A stretch of DNA of 64,000 nt, from contig CM097885.1 of NCBI GenBank assembly GCA_044892525.1, positions 44,146,001 through 44,210,000 on the forward strand. Reading direction: 5' to 3'. This stretch comes from Schmidtea polychroa. Lineage: Eukaryota. The notes under the pieces were generated by a model. That model saw only the letters and a list, made by a program, of their open reading frames with translations, ran no database searches and was not told where the DNA came from. Position numbers and translations under genes: made by a program. Positions within the stretch are counted from its first letter, which is position 1; the number at the start of each line of letters is the position of its first letter. Below are positions 40,501-53,331 of this stretch, piece after piece.

Positions 40501-41269
40501 ATATGACTCATCAAGGACATTTTCAAGGTAATATGACTCATACTGTGACTCATCATGGTCATTTTCAAGGTCATACGGCTCATAATATGACTCATCAAGG
40601 TCAATTTCAAGGTCATATGACTCATATTATGACTCATCAAAATTTTCAAGGTCATCTGAGTCATCCTATGACTCATCAAGGTCATTTTCAAGGTCACATG
40701 AGTCATCCAAGGTCATATGAGTCATCGCGATGACTCATCAAGGTCATATTATTATTTTTAAAAAATATTATTATTTTTATTATTATTTTTTCAAAATATT
40801 ATTAAGTGTGCTAGCGGTGCCCTACTATTTGGCATGCCAAAAGTTATCGTTCCCATCATTTTATTTCATCGTTCGATAGCTTGTTTTGAAGCTTGGTGCA
40901 AGACCTTTCGAATGAGTTATAATGGTCATCACCATCATTAATATTGGCAAAGTTATTAACATTTTCCCGAGACCATTTTCAAGGCCATTTGACTATTTTA
41001 TTATTATTTTTTAAAATATTATTTTTTTTTCAAGGTCAAAATTTTTTTCAAGGTCATTTATTTTTTCAAGGTCAAATTTTTTTCAAGGTCGAATTTTTTT
41101 TCAAGGTCAAATTTTTTTTCAAGGTCATATTTTAAAATTTAAATTTACAGAGTTCCCGCCAACGAACATTATTCAACGATAGCTCATTTGAAAGCCCAAT
41201 CCAGGACCTTTCGAATGAGCCATATATATCTCATTATTAAGATTATTATTATTATTAATATTATTATTG

Positions 41270-41306
<37 letters not shown>

Positions 41307-43081
41307 ATTATTATTATTGTTATTATTATTATTATTATTATTATTAGTATTAATCTATATACTCCGAGTCTATCCGACAAAAATATTCTGTCCCCCTATG
41401 GGTAATGCTCACAAGGGTACTGCTCACGCTCAATAACTCGCATTCGATTATTTTATTATTATTCGATTATTATATTATTATTTTTCAAAATATTATTATT
41501 TTCAAGGTCATATTATTATTTTTCAAAATATTATTATTTTCAAGGTCATATTATTATTTTTCAAAATATTATTATTTTCAAGGTCATATTATTATTTTTC
41601 AAAATATTATTATTTTCAAGGTCATATTATTATTTTTCAAAATATTATTATTTTCAAGGTCATATTATTATTTTTCAAAATATTATTATTTTCAAGGTCA
41701 TATTATTATTTTTCAAAATATTATTATTTTCAAGGTCATATTATTATTTTTCAAAATATTATTATTTTCAAGGTCATATTATTATTTTTCAAAATATTAT
41801 TATTTTCAAGGTCATATTATTATTTTTCAAAATATTATTATTTTCAAGGTCATATTATTATTTTTCAAAATATTATTATTTTCAAGGTCATATTATTATT
41901 TTTCAAAATATTATTATTTTCAAGGTCATATTATTATTTTTCAAAATATTATTATTTTCAAGGTCATATTATTATTTTTCAAGATATTATTAATTTCAAG
42001 GTCATATTATTTTTGTTTTAATTATCGAATATTTAATAATTTAATTTTGTTTAAATCGTTGATGATACAATAATATTTTTATTTTTTCTTTTAATTGTCA
42101 ATTATGTAATAATTAAATTTTGTTTAAATCGTTGATTATATGATAATATTTTTTTTTGTTTTAATTATCAATTATGTAATAATTAAATTTTGTTTAAATT
42201 GTTGATTATATGATAATATTTTTATTTTTGTTTTAATTATCGATTACTTAATAATTTAATTTTGTTTAAATCGTTGATTATATAATAATATGTTTATTTT
42301 TGTTTTAATTATCGATTACTTAATAATTTAATATTGTTTAAATCGTTAATTATATAATAATATTTTTTTGTTTTAATTATTAATTATGTAATAATTTTAT
42401 TTTTTTAAATTGTTGATTAAATGATAATATTTTTGTTTTAATTATCGATTACTTAATAATTTAATATTGTTTAAATGGTTAATTATATAATAATATTTTT
42501 TTGTTTTAATTATCAATTACGTAATAATTTAATTTTGTTTAAATTGTTGATTTTATGATAATATTTTTATTTTTGTTTTAATTATCGATTACTTAATAAT
42601 TTAATATTGTTTAAATGGTTAAATATATAATAATATTTTTTTTGTTTTAATTATCAATTACGTAATAATTTAATTTTGTTTAAATTGTTGATTTTATGAT
42701 AATATTTTTATTTTTGTTTAAATTATCGATTATGTAATAATTTAATTTTATTTAAATCGTTGATTATATTATTTTTTTTGGTTTAATTATCGATTACGTA
42801 ATAATTTAATTTATCATTATTATTGGGAAAGAACGCCCGCGCGGAAGATTACAATTATTATTATTATTATGATTATTGCAAATCTTCATAAAACTTAATT
42901 TCTACGTCAATTTCATGATTTTCAACATTTTCATCATTTGCATATTTTAATAATTTTTAATATTTTCATAATTTTTTCCATTTTCAGTATTTTCATTATT
43001 ATTTCAGGAACATTTTAATTAGTTACATGAACATTTTCATCAAATATTTTTCAAAGTAATATTTCCGTTCAGTTTTTCAAA

Positions 43082-43116
<35 letters not shown>

Positions 43117-46100
43117 GATTATTATTGCAACTTAATTTCTACGTCAATTTCATAATTTTCACGATTTTCAACATTTTCACGATTTTCAACATTTTCATGA
43201 TTATTACAATTGGTACTGCTCGTAACGGTACTGGTCGTAAAGGTACTGGTGTGTTTTAATGATTTTATTTAGGTAAATTTTTGGTTATTAATTAGCATTA
43301 AATTCATTGGTAATTTTTAGAGTTGTGGGGTTTTTATTAACATTATTACTAACCTTTTTGTGAATAATTGAAAAAATATTTAAAAATTTAAGGTTTTAGT
43401 GTTAATTCTAAGACAAATTTAATTAATTTCTTGATAATTTGCTATATTTTATTGACTTGTTTTAAATTTAATTTTAAATAAAAATTATTTTTAATGACAG
43501 TTAGGTTAATAATTAGAGTTTTTACAATAATCAAGTGATTATTATTTAATTTTTATGATGACTTTGTAATGATATTGACAAAATAATTCTTTCATATATT
43601 TTCTACGAATATTGATGAACTTTTAAATATTGAAAATCTAAAGTTGAAACCAGCTAATTTTATCATGATGATATATTTGAAATCTACTTGAAAATTGTTG
43701 TAAAATATACTGAAATTTGTGATTTTGAAAGATATAATTGCTATAATTGGCTGAATCGATGAAGAATTATGATCAATATATTTCATTTCTAGTTAGGTAT
43801 TTGATGGTAAATGTGGTGAAATATTTGTAGAAAATATTGATTTTAGTGATCTTTTAGTGGGCTCTTACTACATGAATTTAGATACTAAATTATTTCAATG
43901 GAAGAATGTCTGTAACAATTAAATAAAATTCATATTTTGAAGAATTTTCTATGGATTTCAAGAGAATTGATATATTAAAGTCGGTTGGATTTAGTGAAGG
44001 TTCAGTTAAGATGGTAATATATGATTTTTAAAGGGGGTATTTAATGGGGTAGAAATATTTAGTGAGGGATCGGTTAAGGCGGAAATGTTTGAAATCTCTA
44101 TTTAAATCGACAATGTTCTTATTGGTAAAATATCAAAGGGACATAGTCAGTATTTAGCTATGAATTAATAATCGTTCCTGTGAAATTATATCGTTTTATT
44201 AGGTTGTGATGAATGTTATGTCACAGTAATATTAGGTTTTAGAACCAGTTTTTATTAATTATCCACTGTTTTATTAAGTCGTTTAGGGTTAATGATCAAT
44301 TTACTTGGTTTTGACAATGAAATATTTGAAATCTTTAGAATTAATTGGGATTGATATCAAAGGTTATTGCTTTAAATTATTTTATTTAAGAAGTTATTTT
44401 ATTCATTGTGGGATATCTGTGACAAAACTTGAGAAATATTGACTTAAAAGTTGGAAATCGACAACAGCTAAAGAAAATTGATCTTTATTGAAAATATTTT
44501 ATGATTTTAATTAGATTTCTAGAAATTAAATCGGTTGAATATTAAGGGTAAAGGGAAGGAATATTGTTATCGGATGGATAAATCTTTCAATGATATTTTG
44601 CTAAATTACCTTTGCTAAATATTATTTTAAATGACTAAAAAAGAGAAAATTAACCAATATTCATAAATTGATCGCACAAAATATCGCTGTTTTGGTAAAA
44701 GTTACTCAAAATCCCTATTTAAAAATGTTAACCATGTATAAGATATATTACACCCAATGATCATCTCATTAAATTAGAAAAGAATTGTAACCCTATATTT
44801 CTAACTAATAAGCACCTTAATTGGTAAATTGATAACAAATGATCATGTTTCTATTATGACTCCTTTTGCCTCAAACAAAGATAGAAATTTACTCCAAATG
44901 ATAAAGATTTTCTACCAAAATTATCAATGAATATATTAATAACCATGCATTTCTCACGAAGTTATATTAACTATTGTAATGAACATTAGATGAATAAATT
45001 ACCTATGAAATACTAAATATTCATATCTTACCTTTTGCTAAATATTATTTTAAATGAGTAAACATGAAAACGTTAACCAATAAATTAGACGCTCGAAATG
45101 AGAATTCGGTAAGTTACATTCAAAATATTCAAATTATTCACGAATTTCTGATATCTATGATCATCCATTTCTCACTAAATTACCTAAGAATTTTTAACTA
45201 ATATACAGGTGCTTTAATTAATATACCCTTGCGACATGTTGAATGTAAGCAGTACCCTTACGACAAATACACATAGGGGGACAAAATATTTTGTCGGATA
45301 AATTCAGACTTTATATAAAAACTTACAATATGCTATGGTTTTATTGAGTAATTTGTTGTATATTGCATTGATACATCAAAATGTCAGATAATATTTATAA
45401 ATTAACTAAGAAATACACAAAAATACTATATTAACTAAGAATTCAGTTATGTTTCTAGTTAAATAATTGAGATAATTGATATTACTATCAACTATATAAA
45501 AGAAATATTATGAATCCAAGAATATTTTAATTAAATGGTACAGCCAAAAACCATGGATTTCTAACTAAATTTTTAAATTTATCTGGAAATATTTTACTTA
45601 AGAAATTGCTATATATTTAAAATAACCATGTATTATTTATCAAATTGCCTAAAAATTTGCTATATGGTATTGTTAAACAAAATAATAAAATTAAAAATAA
45701 TAATATTATGTCAGGGCATGAAAAAATAATATAATTGTATGACTAATAAATTTGCAATACAAATGCATAATTAACAAAGACTTTGCAATAAATGGGCATG
45801 ATTAACAAAGACACTAGAAATATTATCTTTACATTTTGTCGAAGATGATTATGGCAGTAATATCAGAGGAAAATCAATGGACAGAAGAAAAGCATCATTT
45901 AGTCATGATTTATAATAATTGTAAATATAATTGTATATATAATTGTAAATTTCCATATATATAATAACCACTATATAAAAAAATTAATACAAATATTAAA
46001 ACAAAATGAATATATTTTAATCAAAAAGTATTACAATAAAACAATAAATTTATAAAAACAAATTAAAACATTTATTTCCGAAAAAATAATAACCAATACA

Positions 46101-48108
46101 TCCAGCATCTTCATGGTTCTTGCGAAGATCTTTTTCCATTTTGATGAACTCATGGTTATATTTCATTTTGAATAATCTTAAAATAATATTATAAATACCA
46201 TTCCCTTCATCATATCATCAACATTTGGTAGTTGCGCCTAATATAATTAATTACCAAGCTGATTTCATATTATTCAATGTTTTGAAAATTTCCTACATTA
46301 TAGTACCGTCATTATGTATGTTAATAATTCATTTGACTTTGATATTGTATTTATTTGTATTGAGAACTTACATGTATATAGTATGATATTCATTAATCAG
46401 TTAAACAATTGCGAACATTCTTCTCGTGACACTTAGAACAAACAATTAAGTGACCACACGGTAAATACAAAACCGAAACTTGATTTTCTTTACAAATTGA
46501 ACAAGTTAAATACCTTTTCTTAACATCGTTCAGTTTTTCCGTTAGCTTATTTTCAATCAAATCGGCTTTTGCTATCCATTCATAAATCAATCTACTATAT
46601 CCCTGTTTCAACATTAAATACATACAACTCCAAAAGTATTCATTCAGTGAATCGTTGTTTACCACTATTTTTTTTCTAAATACATTAAATAACTAGATAA
46701 CTTCAAAACGCATTTATCATAATTAAATAAATAAAATCAAATATTCAATAGAGGAATGTTTGAAAATCTTTAAAATATTTATGATTTGCTTATCACTGTA
46801 AGTATCATGTTTATTTATAAAATCTTCAACTGTGTTGTTAAAAATTTTCAATGAAATTTCGGAATAGGTTGGACCTAATTTTTCCTTATTTCTAGTAGGA
46901 CTTCCTTGCTATAAATGACATATATAAAAAATATTGACAAAATAATAAAGTTACCAAATGTGTTTTGTGATTTACATATTCAACAGTTTTATTTGTAGAA
47001 ATCATCAGTAATAAATTTCTTAATAACTAAATTACTTTTGTTTTTACATTTATAAAAATTGAGATAGCCAATCAAATTAGAGTTTTCAAAATGTAGAAAT
47101 TGTAACCATGGTTGAACCTTCAAATGTCTAAATAACATCATATTGTATAACAATAATAATAAGCATGACTAGTACCCTTGCAACCTGTTGAGTGTGAGCA
47201 GTAACCATAGGGGGACAAAATATTTTGTCGGATAGACTAGGAGTATATATAATAATAATAAAAATAATAATATACTTTAAAATAAATAATAAGAAAATAA
47301 TTTTGAAAATGATAATAATAATATTTTATAAATAAACTAAGAATTTTGAAGAAAATAATGATGAAAATATTGAAAATCGTGAAAATTATGAAAATGTTGA
47401 AAATTATTAAAATATTCAAGGAAATGATGAAAATGTTGAAAATCATGAAAACGTTGAAAATTATGAAAATGTTCCTGAAAATATTAAAAATGTTGAAAAT
47501 GATGAAAATATTGAAAAGGATGAAAACGTTAAACATTATGAAAATGTTCCCTAAAATAATCATCAAATATTGAAAATCGTAAATTGATGCAGAAAATAAG
47601 TTTTATGAATATTTAAGTAAATAATAATAAAACATCGAAAATAAAATAATAAGAACTTTGCAAATAATAATAATAATAATAATAATATTGATAAAAACTT
47701 TGTAAATAATTTGAAAATAATTCTTTGAAAATAATACTTTGAAAAATATTCGATGAATAGTTCCTGAAATAATCATGAAAATGTTGAAAATCGTGAAAAT
47801 ATTGAAAATGTAGAAAATTGTTAAAATTCATGCAAATGATGAAAATATTGAAAATCATGTAATTGACGTAGAAAATAAGTTTTATGAATATTTAAGTAAA
47901 TAATAATAATGAAACTTCTAAATTAATATAATAATTAGAACTTTGCAAATAATAATAAAAATAATAATAATAATAAAAAATAATAATAATAATTCTTTGA
48001 AAATAATAATGAAAAAATAATAATCATGAAAATGTTGAAAATCGTGAAAATTATGAAATTGACGTAGAAAATAAGTTTCATGAATATTTGCAATAATAAT
48101 CATAATAA

Positions 48109-48172
<64 letters not shown>

Positions 48173-49708
48173 TTTGAAAAACTGAACGGAAATATTACTT
48201 TGAAAAATATTTGATGAAAATGTTCATGTAACTAATTAAAATGTTCCTGAAATAATAATGAAAATACTGAAAATGGAAAAAATTATGAAAATATTAAAAA
48301 TTATTAAAATATGCAAATGATGAAAATGTTGAAAATCATGAAATTGACGTAGAAATTAAGTTTTATGAAGATTTGCAATAATCATAATAATAATAATAAT
48401 AATATTAATAATAATAATTGTAATCTTCCGCGCGGGCGTTCTTTCCCAATAATAATGATAAATTAAATTATTACGTAATCGATAATTAAACCAAAAAAAA
48501 TAATATAATCAACGATTTAAATAAAATTAAATTATTACATAATCGATAATTTAAACAAAAATAAAAATATTATCATAAAATCAACAATTTAAACAAAATT
48601 AAATTATTACGTAATTGATAATTAAAACAAAAAAAATATTATTATATATTTAACCATTTAAACAATATTAAATTATTAAGTAATCGATAATTAAAACAAA
48701 AATAAAAATATTATCATAAAATCAACAATTTAAACAAAATTAAATTATTACGTAATTGATAATTAAAACAAAAAAATATTATTATATAATTAACCATTTA
48801 AACAATATTAAATTATTAAGTAATCGATAATTAAAACAAATATATTATCATTTAATCAACAATTTAAAAAAATAAAATTATTACATAATTAATAATTAAA
48901 ACAAAAAAATATTATTATATAATTAACGATTTAAACAATATTAAATTATTAAGTAATCGATAATTAAAACAAAAATAAACATATTATTATATAATCAACG
49001 ATTTAAACAAAATTAAATTATTAAGTAATCGATAATTAAAACAAAAATATTATCATATAATCAACAATTTAAACAAAATTTAATTATTACATAATTGATA
49101 ATTAAAACAAAAAAAAATATTATCATATAATCAACGATTTAAACACAATTTAATTATTACATAATTGACAATTAAAAGAAAAAATAAAAATATTATTGTA
49201 TAATCAACGATTTAAACAAAATTAAATTATTAAATATTCGATAATTAAAACAAAAATAATATGACCTTGAAAATAATAATATGACCTTGAAATTAATAAT
49301 ATTTTGAAAAATAATAATATGACCTTGAAAATAATAATATTTTGAAAAATAATAATATGACCTTGAAAATAATAATATTTTGAAAAATAATAATATGACC
49401 TTGAAAATAATAATATTTTGAAAAATATTGAAAAGTTCCTGAAAATAATAATATTTTGAAAAATAATAATATGACCTTGAAAATAATAATATTTTGAAAA
49501 ATAATAATATGACCTTGAAAATAATAATATTTTGAAAAATAATAATATGACCTTGAAAATAATAATATTTTGAAAAATAATATAATAATCGAATAATAAT
49601 AAAATAATCGAATGCGAGTTATTGAGCGTGAGCAGTACCCTTGTGAGCATTACCCATAGGGGGACAGAATATTTTTGTCGGATAGACTCGGAGTATATAG
49701 ATTAATAC

Positions 49709-49774
<66 letters not shown>

Positions 49775-49861
49775 TAATAATAATAATATAATAATAATAA
49801 TACTAATAATACTAATAATACTAATAATAATAATAATAACAATAATAATAATAATATTAAT

Positions 49862-49939
<78 letters not shown>

Positions 49940-52900
49940 CTTAATAATGAGATATATATGGCTCATTCGAAAGGTCCTGGATTGGGCTTTCAAATGAGCT
50001 ATCGTTGAATAATGTTCGTTGGCGGGAACTCTGTAAATTTAAATTTTAAAATATGACCTTGAAAAAAAATAATATTTTAAAAAATAATAATAAAATAGTC
50101 AAATGACCTTGAAAATGGTCTCGGGAAAATGTTAATAACTTTGCCAATATTAATGATGGTGATGACCATTATAACTCATTCGAAAGGTCTTGCACCAAGC
50201 TTCAAAACAAGCTATCGAACGATGAAATAAAATGATGGGAACGATAACTTTTGGCATGCCAAATAGTAGGGCACCGCTAGCACACTTAATAATATTTTGA
50301 AAAAATAATAATAAAAATAATAATATGACCTTGATGAGTCATCGCGATGACTCATATGACCTTGGGTGACTCAGGTGACCTTGATGAGTCATAGGATGAC
50401 TCAGATGACCTTGAAAATTTTGATGAGTCATAATATGAGTCATATGACCTTGAGATTGACCTTGATGAGTCATATTATGAGCCATATGACCTTGAAAATG
50501 ACCATGATGAGTCACAGTATGAGTCATATGACCTTGAAAATGACCTTGATGAGTCATAGTATGAGGCATATGGCCTTGATGAGTCATGGTCTTTGTTTAA
50601 ATGACCTTGAGAAAATTTTTTGTCCTTGATGAGTCATAGTATGAGGCATATGACCTTGAAAATGACCTTGATGAGTCATATGATGAGTCATGGTCTTTGT
50701 TTAAATGACCTTGAAAAATTTGATGAGTCATGATATGAGTCATGGTCTTTGTTTCAATGACCTTGATGAGTCATATGTCTTTGTTTAAATTTGACGTTGA
50801 AAAAAAAATGTACTTTTAGCCTTAGAATATTTTTGAAAATCTTTTCGACGGGGGGAGGGGGGGGGTAATGTGCTAGCGGTGCCCTGTGCCAGCGGTGCCC
50901 AATCCATCTACTAATTATATTTGTACATTGTGGTCGGCTTGTATGTAAATAAAGTTTCTTTGTCTTCATAATTATTATGACGTGTAACAATAAACTTTTG
51001 TTGGAATAATTATGAATAGTAAAATCTTATTCCCAAATTAGCAATTCGTTTAGTTCCTATTTGAAAATGTAATGTGCATTTGTAATAGAGTGGGAATGTG
51101 AAATAAACTGACAAATACATGACTATTCTCATCAATTCATATTTTCATAAGTTGTAAAAATTGTAACTAGAGTAAAGTAGTAGACAAAATATATATGCGG
51201 CCCCCGATAACAATCAAGTTTTCTATGTGGCCCTTTATAGAAAAAGTTTGCCCACCCCTGACTTATATGAAACAATAGAAAACAAAAAAATAAGATTTTA
51301 TCATTCTGATTAGAAATTATTTCAACAGCAAATCTGTTAACTAAACAAATTATTTAAAACAATATACATGCAGACTTAAACCCTACTCAAGGATAAAACT
51401 TTTATTAAGACTTGAGCACCTTTAACATTCAAGAATTAGCAAGTCTAACACAAACTGTGGAATAATGCATTAAATCTCAGCAAACAATTGGACTGATCCT
51501 ATATAAAATGTGAACTCTAGTGCAATAAGATAACTCGACAACCATATTATTTCGCCTTTTTCCATATTATCTAAATCCCTGAATATCGTACTTATTAAAA
51601 AATTGACTATATATGAGTAAAGATATCGATGTTATTTTATATTCATGCATTTTCGGCACAGCATCGAAAATGATTGTCAAAAATGCGTGAATATCGAATA
51701 AAACATCGATATCTTTACTGATTCATAGTCAATTTTTTAATAAATGCAGGAAATTGAAAAGACATCAAAGGTGAAAATGGAAAGAAGTTCTTATAACACT
51801 GAATATATATATATATATATTTTTGTTGAAATAAAGTGATTTATGTGGCCATGATTGAAACTGTTCATGTGAAACCAAAAAACTATTTTTATACTGTTTT
51901 CCTTAAAAACAGTAAAAATTACATGCATTGTCCTCAAGACTTTTATTAAGACATTTTGATTTATTAAATTTATATATAATATATTAAAAATGTTCAATTA
52001 TTATGTTGCTATATTTTTTTCCACCAATCTCTCAAACCAAACTTTAGTTAACAAGAAAACGCGCAACATTACTGTCCGTCACAACATCTTGTTCCAAGTC
52101 CGCGTAACCCAAACTTTTATGAAAGACCTTTTTTAATAGATGAAAGCGCGTTTTTCACCTTAAATAACGGAGTCCCCATCGTCAACCCTTTTTCAATCCC
52201 GGAACAATCAATAGTCACACTTTCTTCAGGACAAGAGGTGGCGCGAAAACAAACATTACTCATCCACGCCCATCGGTCGAACCCAATTAATATTTTTAGA
52301 CTCAAACGGCACCTCATCATCCTGGTTCCGCAATTTTGAGTCGCGCACAAATCCCAACCCCAAATCTAGACAAGACATCTTGTTAGACACCATAACTGAC
52401 GAATTAATGCCAGAATTAGGTTCACAAATTGCTGACACATCAAACCCCGAAAACCCTTACGAGTCCATCAAAACACCATACCACCCCGGATACCCATATA
52501 AATATTACGTAATACTGTATATCCTGGGATATTTGTCTTGGTTAATACTCCTCACTTATCACTACTACATAGTTTGGGAAACCCTGGTCTATATGAATAG
52601 AAATAAAGAAAAATCAATATCAATTATCAATATATAAATTCTGTATTCATCAATCTTCAATATCCAAATTCATTGATGAGACTAAAATTTCGATAGCATC
52701 TTAAATCAACTTTTAACAATGATAAATAATTTTTATATTCCATTCACTTTAAAATTTCTTAGTTTTAATTTTCGACCATTTTAAATTCTAAATATAATTT
52801 GGCAAAATATAGATTACAACAATGGGAACATTTATAGACTGATACTTAGGAACTCAGAACATATGTAACAACTAGATTTGTAAAAAAAATTGTTAGCCAA

Positions 52901-53331
52901 ATTGAAAGAAAACAACAAAATACATCCGTAAAGATTTTCATCAAAACTATTAAGACATATTTTCTTATAATTTTAAATTAACCTTCTTTCAATTTCGTAA
53001 CATTTCGCCCGCATTTTAGTACAACGGCAGAAGTTTCATGACCTAATATTATCGGTTTTTCCACTACAAAATCACCGATTCGACCGTTAGTCCAATAATG
53101 CACATCAGATCCGCATATACCGACAGTTAAAATTTTCAACAGTACATCTAATCGAAATAAAATGTAATTAAATATTAAAGTTACCATATTACCATTCTCA
53201 TCTTCAATAGTTGGTATCTTCCTTTCTTCCTAGAAATAGAATTTAATGTTTTATCATAAAAGTAAAATTTCAATTACAAAATAAAACTGATTCTGCTGCT
53301 TGAGAATAAAAGACAAATTCGTAGAACTCAT
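31505..53331 (-). CDS. SORD: Sorbitol dehydrogenase (Zn-dependent MDR family), 9 exons, 351 aa
   Basis: Exons 53331-53278, 53229-53193, 53147-52983, 37912-37753, 34801-34683, 34631-34566, 34522-34409, 31895-31709, 31658-31505, all GT-AG, 1056 nt in frame. Motifs [70 protein letters not shown]. Confidence 0.96.
36159..36407. mobile_element. Buster-type hAT MITE (249 bp)
   Basis: Perfect 8-bp TSD gtctagat; TIRs cagtggtggtcaacc / ggttggccatggctg. Confidence 0.85.
37140..37716 (+). mobile_element. 3' end of a DNA transposon (Zator/Harbinger-like terminus) with a C2H2-containing transposase tail
   Basis: ORF fragment [21 protein letters not shown]. Terminus gcgttacgtaatttacgaacgttccc followed by TAA. 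Superfamily assignment is tentative. Confidence 0.55.
38339..40146 (+). pseudogene. GTF2IRD2/EPM2AIP1-like hAT transposase with two stops and two frameshifts
   Basis: [20 protein letters not shown]...[51 protein letters not shown]. Stops at 38711 and 39385; frameshifts at ~38735 and ~39203. Confidence 0.93.
40151..43205 (+). repeat. Left terminal inverted repeat (modular tandem arrays)
   Basis: Reverse complement of ~48015-50912. Modules: atgactcat/tcaaggtca array 40285-40750, (ATT)n, 38-bp tandem repeat (~14 copies, 41480-42010), ~62-bp tandem repeat (42010-42820), GC island gggaaagaacgcccgcgcggaag at ~42826. Confidence 0.95.
46350..47005 (-). pseudogene. Spliced IAP-type RING finger gene in the element core, probably damaged
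   Basis: Exon 47005-46955 ([17 protein letters not shown]), GT-AG intron 46954-46909, in-frame exon from 46908, a stop-rich ~65-nt gap, then [36 protein letters not shown]. Reverse CCAAT and TATAAA upstream (~47048-47075). Confidence 0.7.
48015..50912 (-). repeat. Right terminal inverted repeat
   Basis: Same modules in mirror order; differs mainly in repeat copy number (38-mer ~8 copies, longer AAT runs). Confidence 0.95.

Larger units (their letters stand above)
40151..50912. mobile_element. Non-autonomous Polinton/Maverick-like element (10,762 bp) with ~3-kb TIRs
   Basis: Ends agtagatggattgggcaccgctggcacagggcaccgctagcac / gtgctagcggtgccctgtgccagcggtgcccaatccatctact, with a perfect 6-bp TSD aattat. 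AGT-type termini plus a 6-bp TSD are Polinton hallmarks. No integrase or polymerase is recognisable inside. Confidence 0.8.
38012..51260 (+). mobile_element. SPIN/GTF2IRD2-like (Buster clade) hAT transposon, interrupted at 40151-50912
   Basis: TIRs caggggtgggcaaact / agtttgcccacccctg and a perfect 8-bp TSD acttatat (38004-38011 / 51261-51268). Confidence 0.95.

Noticed and set aside
40431..40733. MTHQGH/MSHM repeat ORFs (also 50339-50629)
   Set aside because: Translations of the atgactcat/tcaaggtca DNA array, open on both strands; no evidence of coding function.
41405..42073. 222-aa ORF, and a possible CRISPR-like reading of the 38-bp repeats
   Set aside because: Pure head-to-tail tandem repeat with no unique spacers, in eukaryotic context with no cas genes. 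The ORF is a by-product of the repeat.
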